A DNA stretch of 64,000 bases, taken from positions 145,323-209,322 of the forward strand of contig JAEZKK010000023.1 in assembly GCA_023415495.1 (NCBI GenBank). The letters run 5' to 3'. Position 1 is the stretch's first letter, and each line of letters begins with the position of its first letter. Shown in pieces: positions 19,694 through 27,340 of the stretch. The stretch comes from Bacteroidota bacterium. Its GTDB lineage: Bacteria; Bacteroidota; Bacteroidia; Bacteroidales; P3. Made by a program: the position numbers and the translations under genes. The notes under the pieces were generated by a model. It was not told where the DNA came from. It saw nothing but the letters and a program-made list of their open reading frames with translations, and did not search any database.

Positions 19694-20086
19694 AGTTTGT
19701 TGATAGTTTAAAAATTAGACATTATATATATATTGTAAGACTTCTTGCATTACAAAGACAAAATTAGACAAAAGAAAAAACAAGTCTAATAAATTTATTT
19801 CTTTGTCAATTCAAATTTATTTATATATAAACCTTGTTCAAGGTAAATCCATTATGAGGACAAAGTTTAAATGGTTTTCATTTCATGGAGTTATCAACAA
19901 TTCAGAATAAAAATAATGAAGAGCGGGCAATATAAGTATTTTTTATTTAATACAAAAATCTAAATCTAATTTTATTGTTTTTTTTATCAACATTAAACCT
20001 TTAAGGAATTAGTATGAATATCAATCATTAGAAAAAGTGTTTACTCGATTGGCATGCTTTTTTGTGGAAAAAAATATCGAATCAGA
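19694..20086. promoter_or_regulatory. candidate oriC region adjacent to dnaA
   Basis: 393-bp AT-rich non-coding gap. It holds 9-mers one mismatch from TTATCCACA at 19891-19899 and 19984-19992 (TTATCAACA) and at 20063-20071 (TGTGGAAAA, reverse orientation), plus a two-mismatch site at 19698-19706. TA-rich runs lie at 19721-19735 and 19813-19832. The coding-strand bias flips nearby. Confidence 0.45.
19759..19766 (-). promoter_or_regulatory. -7 box for dnaA
   Basis: CAAAATTA equals TAATTTTG on the minus strand. AAATTAGACA occurs twice nearby (about 19712 and 19761). Confidence 0.45.
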
Positions 20087-20698
20087 TTAAAACTCTTCAA
20101 TAAATTTTATTTCTACCTTTTCTAAATCCCTAAACTTATCAACAATTTTCTTTTGCTCATTTTTCCTAACACAAAACTCCAAATAACATTCCAAATCAAA
20201 ATTATGATTCTCTTGAATAAGTGAATATTCTTTTAGTATTCTCATTACATCATTCATTGAAGAATAATCAAAACTAATACTATACCTATTCATAATAGTT
20301 TTGGTTACAATAACTGAATTCTCAAGCAAATCTATTGTTGCTTGCTTATACGCATTAGTTAATCCCCCAACACCAAGTTTTACCCCTCCAAAATATCTAA
20401 TTACAACAACTAATATATTGGTAAGGTCTTTTGAAACTAATTGCCCATAAATTGGTTTACCCGCACTATATGATGGTTCCCCATCATCATTCATCCTAAA
20501 TTCTTTTTTATCGAAACCCAATATATAAGCATAGCAATGATGCCTTGCATCATAATACTCTTTCTTTACATTATTAATTATCTCCTTTGCCTGTTCTGAA
20601 CTTTTTATACTATACCCAAGGGAAATAAATTTACTTCCCTTTTCTTTATACATCCCTTTTGACTCCCCTTCTATTGTATAATATATATCATCCATCAT
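20087..20698 (-). CDS. yigZ: YigZ/IMPACT family protein
   Basis: 203 aa. Motifs KGSKF and ARHHCYAY.......DDGEP..AGKP, typical of UPF0029/YigZ. Confidence 0.75.
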   Translation of the reverse strand: MMDDIYYTIEGESKGMYKEKGSKFISLGYSIKSSEQAKEIINNVKKEYYDARHHCYAYILGFDKKEFRMNDDGEPSYSAGKPIYGQLVSKDLTNILVVVIRYFGGVKLGVGGLTNAYKQATIDLLENSVIVTKTIMNRYSISFDYSSMNDVMRILKEYSLIQENHNFDLECYLEFCVRKNEQKKIVDKFRDLEKVEIKFIEEF

Positions 20699-20723
20699 TA
20701 TTTATACTTTCAAAACAAAATAA

Positions 20724-21773
20724 TTACAAGTAAATTCTGTTTCTATAATTCAAAATATAATTATCTGCATAATCCTCTCTTGAACTAAGATAAACATCTT
20801 CAATATTACAAGCTCTTAAACCTTTATGAAAGAATTTGTTTCCAACCAAAACATTTGCCTCGTCCCATAAATTTGAATTAATAAAACTCTCCAAAGTATT
20901 TTTACCACCTTCTACAATAATACTCTTAACCTTAATGCTATGAAGATAGGAAAGCAATTGAGGTATAATATTATCATTAAAATCTAATTTATAATAAATC
21001 AAATTTTCATCCTCAATATGATTTTTTTTAGAATTAAAAATTATGGTTTTCTGCTTCTTATCCATTACTTTATAATCTTTAGTTATTTCAAGGTTTCTGT
21101 CAATAACTAATCGTAAAGGATTCTTACCCGAATAATACCTAATATTTAAATTAGGATTATCATTGATAACTGTATTCTTGCCAACTAACATAGCATCCTC
21201 AAAAGCTCTTTGTTTATGTACCCACACTCTTAGATTATCATTGGTTATCCAATAAGATTTTACCTCCTTCTCTCTTTCAATATCCATATATGAGTCAAGA
21301 GTTTGTGCCCATTTAAGGGTGATATAAGGTCTCTTGAGGATATGTGAAGTAAAAAACCTCTTATTTATTTCCTTACCCTCTTTTTCTAATATTCCAGTAA
21401 TTACTTCAACTCCTCCATCTCGAAGTATTTTGATTCCTCCTCCAAATACTTTTGGATTAGGGTCGAAATTTGAGATAACAACCTTTGGAATCTTCTTTTC
21501 AAGGATTAAATTTGCACAAGGAGGAGTCTTGCCGTAATGACAACAAGGCTCAAGACTTACATAAATTGTGCTTTTCTCTAATAAGGATTTGTCTTTAACA
21601 GAATTAATTGCATTAACCTCTGCATGAGCCTTCCCATATTGCTTATGAAATCCTTCGCCTATTATTTTCCCATTATAAACAATAACACATCCAACCACAG
21701 GATTAGGGCTAACCCTTCCGCTCCCTAATAAAGCAAGCTCAAAGCAACGTTTTATGTATTTTTCCTCTTCCAT
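20724..21773 (-). CDS. ribD: bifunctional riboflavin biosynthesis deaminase/reductase RibD
   Basis: 349 aa. A CMP/dCMP deaminase zinc motif (HAE...PC..C) is followed by a RibD C-terminal reductase domain. Confidence 0.9.
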   Translation of the reverse strand: MEEEKYIKRCFELALLGSGRVSPNPVVGCVIVYNGKIIGEGFHKQYGKAHAEVNAINSVKDKSLLEKSTIYVSLEPCCHYGKTPPCANLILEKKIPKVVISNFDPNPKVFGGGIKILRDGGVEVITGILEKEGKEINKRFFTSHILKRPYITLKWAQTLDSYMDIEREKEVKSYWITNDNLRVWVHKQRAFEDAMLVGKNTVINDNPNLNIRYYSGKNPLRLVIDRNLEITKDYKVMDKKQKTIIFNSKKNHIEDENLIYYKLDFNDNIIPQLLSYLHSIKVKSIIVEGGKNTLESFINSNLWDEANVLVGNKFFHKGLRACNIEDVYLSSREDYADNYILNYRNRIYL

Positions 21774-21792
21774 TCTAAATTCAATAAAAGTA

Positions 21793-21800
21793 CAAATTTA
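21793..21800 (-). promoter_or_regulatory. -7 box for ribD
   Basis: CAAATTTA equals TAAATTTG on the minus strand, 20 nt before the ATG. Confidence 0.5.
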
Positions 21801-21854
21801 AGCATTTTTCTCCGAAAGGGAATTGAAAACCTAATTCAGGAAAGAAAAAACTAT

Positions 21855-21862
21855 TATTTTTG
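21855..21862 (+). promoter_or_regulatory. -7 box for prmC
   Basis: TATTTTTG, 18 nt before the ATG. Confidence 0.5.
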
Positions 21863-21879
21863 CAAATAAAAAACACTCT

Positions 21880-22734
21880 ATGAGAATTCCCTCCAATAGA
21901 ATCAAGGATATTAAACGTTTTGCAATTAATGAATTAAAGGATATTTATTCTGAAAATGAGATAAAGATAATGATAAGTCAATTAATCTCTCATTTCACTT
22001 CCTTCGACAATATCCAACAGTTAATATCTGAGGACAAAACAGTATTGGAGTCAGACCTTTTAAAGCTCAACTTCGCCATAAAAGACCTTAAGCATAATAA
22101 ACCCTTACAATACATAATAGGATTTAGTGAATTTTATAATCTAAGAATAGGCCTAAGAAACAAAGTCTTAATTCCGAGGGGGGAAACAGAGGAATTGGTC
22201 GATTTGATAATAAAAGAGAATAAGGATAGAGAGGGTTTAAAGATAGTTGACCTTTGCACAGGGAGCGGAGCAATTGCTTTGGCTCTCAAAAAGAATATTC
22301 CAAGCGCTAATGTATGGGCTGTTGATAATGATATTAATGCAATAAATCAAGCAAGGGAGAATTCCCAAACTCTTGGCATAGATATAAATATTTTAGAGCA
22401 AGATATTTTGAAACAAGGGTTTACTACGGAGAAATTTGATATTATTGTTTCTAATCCACCCTATGTTATGGAAAAAGAAAAGCAATTAATGAAAGAAAAT
22501 GTATTAGATTACGAGCCTCATCAAGCTCTTTTCGTTGAGGATAATAACCCATTAATTTTCTATAAGGCAATTGAGAAATTTTCTCAAACAAATCTAAACC
22601 CAAAAGGCAAGGTTTACTTAGAAATTAATGAAAATCTCTCAAAGCAAACCTCAGATTTATTTAAATTAGGGAGTGTAGAGGAGAGGAAAGATATTAATTC
22701 CAAAGACCGTTTTGTAATTGTTCGATTTTCTTGA
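21880..22734 (+). CDS. prmC: release factor glutamine N5-methyltransferase
   Basis: 284 aa. Has a SAM fold (DLCTGSGAIA) and NPPY. Confidence 0.85.
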   Translation: MRIPSNRIKDIKRFAINELKDIYSENEIKIMISQLISHFTSFDNIQQLISEDKTVLESDLLKLNFAIKDLKHNKPLQYIIGFSEFYNLRIGLRNKVLIPRGETEELVDLIIKENKDREGLKIVDLCTGSGAIALALKKNIPSANVWAVDNDINAINQARENSQTLGIDINILEQDILKQGFTTEKFDIIVSNPPYVMEKEKQLMKENVLDYEPHQALFVEDNNPLIFYKAIEKFSQTNLNPKGKVYLEINENLSKQTSDLFKLGSVEERKDINSKDRFVIVRFS

Positions 22735-22777
22735 TTTTTTTCTTTCAAATTTTACTTCGTAATTCATTTATTTTGCG

Positions 22778-22785
22778 TATATTTG
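22778..22785 (+). promoter_or_regulatory. orphan -7 box TATATTTG reading into array B
   Basis: Perfect TAnnTTTG between two convergent gene ends (prmC stop at 22734, T9SS gene stop at 23034). There is no plus-strand CDS downstream. Confidence 0.55.
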
Positions 22786-22981
22786 CAATTGTAAGGATAG
22801 AACTCTAATTTCCTTATATAAATCACCCCATTTTGTAAAACTACATTATGGTAGCTACCATAAGAGGCGTGTGGTAGGTACCATAACACCCTTGTGGTAG
22901 GTACCATAATGCTCGTGTGGTAGCTACCATAGTGAGATTGTAATCAAAGAAGAATACTTTGTAATCAAATAAGAAAAGTAT

Positions 22982-23015
22982 GGAATCAAATAAGAATTCT
23001 TTGTTATTTGATTCC
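22982..23015 (+). terminator. 12-bp perfect hairpin closing element B; may also terminate the convergent T9SS gene
   Basis: GGAATCAAATAA-GAATTCTTTG-TTATTTGATTCC. AT-rich, with only weak T-runs on both sides. Confidence 0.45.
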
Positions 23016-23033
23016 ATTAAATTTATTCTTGAC

Positions 23034-24464
23034 TTAGTTTACGATTAGCTTTTTAGAATTTGAGTATTTTCCACTTCTTAGATTTATAATATAGGTTCCC
23101 TTTCTTAGATTTCTTGTATTAATTACTAATTCTACTCTTTCATTTATTGGAGAGGACTTAATATTTTCAACCAATCTGCCTTTTATATCATAAATCAAAA
23201 TATCTAAGTCCTGGTTCAAGCCCTCAACCACAAGTTTTGCCTCAGTATTTGTAGGATTTGGATAAAGAAGAAAATCTTTTCCGTTAAAGCTAATCCCTTC
23301 TCCAAGAGAAACAATAATGTTTTTCATAGAATAATACAAATATGTTGAGTCATCACTCCAAGAATTTAAATCATCTGGGAATCCACTCGAATAAACAATA
23401 TTAGTAAGCATATTATTATAATTATCGAAGAATTCTGGCTTCATATAACCCAATTTGTCAGAAAATTGCAAAACATCATCTGAGGTATAATTATAATCAA
23501 ATAAGTTAATATACTTTTGAGTGCAAGCCATTTCTTGATTGTAATTAGTATATGTATTAATAAGGGTTTGATTATTGTTATTATCGTAATACAATGAATC
23601 AATGCTGTGAAGAACAAAGCCATCTGTTGCGTTGTGCATAAAATTATTTCTTGAAACCATTAAATTATTAGGATTGTATGTTAATGTTTGTTTCATTGAT
23701 GGCTTCCACAAGCTATCTTGATAAGCACTATAGTTTTCCATTAAGATTTGAGTAAGCAAATTATTAGAATTATAAGAGTTAAATGTTTTTGAACCATAAC
23801 TTAGCTCTCCTTCACTATTATAATACTCATTTTGTATATGTACTGGATTATTATTATTATCGTATAAATACTCAGTCTTAGAGCCAAGTTCTTCAATCCC
23901 TTCATTTTTATAATATGTTTCTATTTTGGTAATTAAATTGCTTTCATTGTAAAGGTAATCTGTCTTTCCATAATAAATCCAATAATTAGAGTCAAGGTCA
24001 AAAAAGTAATTTTCTTCTTTAGTAAGGAGATTATTTGTGTAATCCGAAAGAGTTTTCTGATTAAATAACCAGGCACTATCTATAAAAATACTCATTATCT
24101 CAGATATTTTGTTTCCGTTATTATCATAAAGATAATCGATATTCTCATGTTGGCGGAAAAAATTAGAGTCATAGTCCCAAATATAGTATAGAGTGTTAAT
24201 TAGATTCTCATTATTGTCATAAGTGTAAACATATTTACTGAATACATCCTTCATTAGGATTAATCTCCCGTATGAATCGTATTCATAAATTGTGGGTTCA
24301 TTTGGAGCATAGGCGTATGCGACGCTATCAAGCGCCATTAATTGGACATTTGCCTTTGATAAAATCTCTGATTTTGATTTGTTTTTCTCTGCTTTGCTTT
24401 GAGAAAAACTATTTTGTGAACCAATAATAATGAAACACAAAACAAGGAAGTAAATCTTTTTCAT
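23034..24464 (-). CDS. secreted YD-like repeat protein with T9SS C-terminal sorting domain
   Basis: 476 aa with a signal peptide. Carries Y.YD..G.L repeats (YEYDSYGRLI, YTYDNNENLI, YLYDNNGNKI). The C-terminus (LYPNPTN...LIYDIKGRLV...GTYIINL...KKLIVN) matches the Por/T9SS CTD pattern. Confidence 0.7.
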   Translation of the reverse strand: MKKIYFLVLCFIIIGSQNSFSQSKAEKNKSKSEILSKANVQLMALDSVAYAYAPNEPTIYEYDSYGRLILMKDVFSKYVYTYDNNENLINTLYYIWDYDSNFFRQHENIDYLYDNNGNKISEIMSIFIDSAWLFNQKTLSDYTNNLLTKEENYFFDLDSNYWIYYGKTDYLYNESNLITKIETYYKNEGIEELGSKTEYLYDNNNNPVHIQNEYYNSEGELSYGSKTFNSYNSNNLLTQILMENYSAYQDSLWKPSMKQTLTYNPNNLMVSRNNFMHNATDGFVLHSIDSLYYDNNNNQTLINTYTNYNQEMACTQKYINLFDYNYTSDDVLQFSDKLGYMKPEFFDNYNNMLTNIVYSSGFPDDLNSWSDDSTYLYYSMKNIIVSLGEGISFNGKDFLLYPNPTNTEAKLVVEGLNQDLDILIYDIKGRLVENIKSSPINERVELVINTRNLRKGTYIINLRSGKYSNSKKLIVN

Positions 24465-24511
24465 AATTTTTAGGTATAAGTTGTTTGTAATATGATTTTA
24501 TTATGATTTGG

Positions 24512-24519
24512 CAAAGATA
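24512..24519 (-). promoter_or_regulatory. -7 box for the T9SS-CTD gene
   Basis: CAAAGATA equals TATCTTTG on the minus strand. Confidence 0.5.
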
Positions 24520-24629
24520 CATAATAGAATATGAAAATCCTATTAAAAATATCCTAAAAATTCAAAGAAGGCATTGAAATTTTAATCTTAAAAAATGATT
24601 AATTAATTGTTTGATTTTAAAAAGAGTTT

Positions 24630-24637
24630 TACTTTTG
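24630..24637 (+). promoter_or_regulatory. -7 box for the PEPCK gene
   Basis: TACTTTTG, 30 nt before the ATG. Confidence 0.5.
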
Positions 24638-24666
24638 CATAATTAATCAATTAAAACAGTATTGAA

Positions 24667-26457
24667 ATGACTAAGAATAAAAAATTAATTGAGTGGGTTG
24701 AGAGCTGGGCTAAGGTATTTAATCCAAATAATATACATTGGTGCGATGGAAGTGATAAAGAATACTATGGTATTTTAGAAGAAATGGTCGCTAAAGGCTC
24801 GGCAGTAAAGCTAAATGAAGATAAGAAGCCAAATTCTTATTATTTCCAATCCGACCCTTCCGATGTTGCAAGAGTTGAGAATAGAACCTTTATATGTACT
24901 AATACAAAAGAAGAAGCAGGTCCTACAAATAATTGGCATGAGCCAAAGAGCATGAAGGAAATACTGACAAAGCGATATACTAATTCGATGAATGGGAGAA
25001 CAATGTATATTATCCCTTTCTCAATGGGACCTTTGGGAGGAGATAAATCTTATATTGGAGTTCAAATTACCGATTCCCCTTATGTTGTAGTCCATATGAG
25101 GGTAATGACAAGAATGGGAAAACCAGCTCTTGATGTTTTAGGGGAAAACGGAAGTTTTATACCTTGTCTTCATTCTCTTGGAGCACCTTTGAAAGAAGGA
25201 CAAAAAGATGTAGCTTGGCCTTGTACTCCAATTGAAGAGAAATATATATGCCAATTTCCTCAAACTCGTGAGATATGGAGCTATGGCTCTGGTTACGGTG
25301 GTAATGCACTATTGGGTAAAAAGTGTTTTGCACTTAGAATTGCCTCATATATGGGGAAACAAGATGGCTGGTTAGCAGAGCATATGCTTATCCTTGGATT
25401 AACAAACCCAAAGGGAGAAAAGAAATATATAGCTGCAGCCTTCCCTTCAGCATGTGGAAAAACTAATTTAGCAATGCTGATTCCAACTATTCCAGGTTGG
25501 AAAGTAGAAACAGTAGGAGACGATATTGCATGGATGAAATTTGATTCCAATGGTCAGCTTTGGGCAATAAATCCTGAGGATGGATTTTTTGGGGTTGTGC
25601 CTCAAACCTCAATGAGTACAAATCCAAATGCTTTTCTTTCAATTCAAAACAATACGTTATACACTAACGTAGGTTTAACTCCAGATAAGGATGTTTGGTG
25701 GGAAGGAATAGGATGGGATTGTCCAAATAATACTATTGACTGGCAAAACAATGTGTATAACAAAGAAAGTGGAAAGCCTTGTGCTCAACCAAATTCTCGT
25801 TTTACTGTAAAAATTGAAAATTGTCCTTGTGCAGATAATGAGTATAATAACCCTAAAGGCGTTCCAATTTCAGCAATATTGTTTGGAGGAAGAAGACCAA
25901 GTACTATACCTTTGGTTTATGAGTCAAATAATTGGAATCACGGAGTAATGTTAGGCTCTGTTGTGGGAAGTGAGATAACCTCTGCTGTTATAGGTCTTAC
26001 AGAAGGAGAACTTAGAAGAGACCCATTTGCTATGTTACCTTTCTGTGGTTATCATATGGGAGAGTATTTCCAACATTGGATAGATATTGTTAAAGATGTG
26101 CCTGAAAGCAAAAGACCAAAAATCTTTAGTGTAAATTGGTTTAGAAAAGAAGGAAAACAATGGTTGTGGCCTGGATATGGAGAAAACTCAAGAGTCTTAG
26201 CTTATATATTTGACCGTTGTAATGATGCTCCAATTTATGAAGAATCTCCAATAGGTAGGATTCCAAAACAAGGAGCAATAGATATAAATGGTCTTGATAT
26301 TAGCCAAGAAGATATGGATAAGGCATTGAAGATTAATCCAGAGGAATGGAGAGGTGAGATAGAAAATATTGAAGAATACTACAAGGAGTTTGGAGATAAA
26401 ATGCCTAGAGAACTAATCAAGGAATTAGAGGAATTGAAAAAGAGATTTGGATTCTAA
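24667..26457 (+). CDS. pckG: phosphoenolpyruvate carboxykinase (GTP-dependent type)
   Basis: 596 aa. Motifs FPSACGKTN, GDDIAWM and the WF/NWFR region are typical of GTP-PEPCK. Confidence 0.9.
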   Translation: MTKNKKLIEWVESWAKVFNPNNIHWCDGSDKEYYGILEEMVAKGSAVKLNEDKKPNSYYFQSDPSDVARVENRTFICTNTKEEAGPTNNWHEPKSMKEILTKRYTNSMNGRTMYIIPFSMGPLGGDKSYIGVQITDSPYVVVHMRVMTRMGKPALDVLGENGSFIPCLHSLGAPLKEGQKDVAWPCTPIEEKYICQFPQTREIWSYGSGYGGNALLGKKCFALRIASYMGKQDGWLAEHMLILGLTNPKGEKKYIAAAFPSACGKTNLAMLIPTIPGWKVETVGDDIAWMKFDSNGQLWAINPEDGFFGVVPQTSMSTNPNAFLSIQNNTLYTNVGLTPDKDVWWEGIGWDCPNNTIDWQNNVYNKESGKPCAQPNSRFTVKIENCPCADNEYNNPKGVPISAILFGGRRPSTIPLVYESNNWNHGVMLGSVVGSEITSAVIGLTEGELRRDPFAMLPFCGYHMGEYFQHWIDIVKDVPESKRPKIFSVNWFRKEGKQWLWPGYGENSRVLAYIFDRCNDAPIYEESPIGRIPKQGAIDINGLDISQEDMDKALKINPEEWRGEIENIEEYYKEFGDKMPRELIKELEELKKRFGF

Positions 26458-26466
26458 ACAAAGGGA

Positions 26467-27324
26467 ATGAGTAAAATATCCTTTTTCTTTCAAGATGCAA
26501 AGCCATTTGTGAAGCTAATGATGTTAATAGCAATATTTATGTTTATTACTTCACTCTATAGCTTTGCATCTTATTTCTTTTCTTTTAACGCTTATATTTC
26601 CCAATCAATTGCTCAAATCCTTATGTTTGGGCTTTCTGTAATTATTTGGGGATATATGTTCGAGGGAAATCCTATAAGCTTTATTAAAACCAAGGGGAGG
26701 AATTTAAGATATTATCTAATAATCTCCTTTCTTTTAGTGTTTATCCTTCTCCCTTTTATTGACGGCATTTCAATTTGGAATAATTCGTGGAGCTTTGAAG
26801 GAGATGAAACCTTAAGAAAGATGGAGGAAAATTCAAAGTTAATTACTTCTTCATTATTATCGGTAAATAGTATTTCAATGCTATTTGTAAATCTCTTAGT
26901 CTTTGCATTAATACCTGCATTTTTAGAAGAATACTTCTTTAGAGGAGCTATGCAAAAGACAATAATAGCAATGTTTAGAAATGAATTCTTTGGGATTCTT
27001 CTTACATCAATTATTTTTTCCCTTGCTCACTTCCAATTCTTTTCATCTATTCCAAGAGTTCTTCTGGGAATGATACTTGGATATCTATATGTATACAGCA
27101 AAAATATATATGTCCCAATTCTATTTCATTTTCTAAACAATTCAATCGGTATAATTAGCGTTTACTTATATTATAATTCATTTGTGGATAAAGATTATGC
27201 TCAAAGTGGGGAGATATATTCTCCATGGCTTTTTACTATTAGTCTCACCCTAATTTGCATTTTCTTTGCAATAGAAATAAGGAAAAGGAGAAAAAGCCGT
27301 ATATTTGTAGAAAATTTAAAGTAG
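26467..27324 (+). CDS. CPBP family intramembrane glutamic endopeptidase (CAAX protease-like)
   Basis: 285 aa polytopic protein with motifs EEYFFRG, SLAHF and HFLNN. Confidence 0.75.
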   Translation: MSKISFFFQDAKPFVKLMMLIAIFMFITSLYSFASYFFSFNAYISQSIAQILMFGLSVIIWGYMFEGNPISFIKTKGRNLRYYLIISFLLVFILLPFIDGISIWNNSWSFEGDETLRKMEENSKLITSSLLSVNSISMLFVNLLVFALIPAFLEEYFFRGAMQKTIIAMFRNEFFGILLTSIIFSLAHFQFFSSIPRVLLGMILGYLYVYSKNIYVPILFHFLNNSIGIISVYLYYNSFVDKDYAQSGEIYSPWLFTISLTLICIFFAIEIRKRRKSRIFVENLK

Positions 27325-27340
27325 AATTCGGATTAAATTA

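Larger units (their letters stand above)
22757..23015 (+). repeat. minisatellite element B (TGGTA-NN-TACCA family, 4 units, 23-bp period)
   Basis: Cores at 22849-22860, 22872-22883, 22895-22906 and 22918-22929 (centres exactly 23 bp apart). Three direct AATCAAAKAAGAA copies start at 22942, 22963 and 22984 (21-bp period). Confidence 0.85.

Noticed and set aside
21774-21879. FMN riboswitch upstream of ribD, or a preQ1 riboswitch upstream of queE (1706-1740).
   Set aside because: The leaders between -7 box and start codon are only about 20 nt, too short for either aptamer, and I could not see the conserved aptamer cores.
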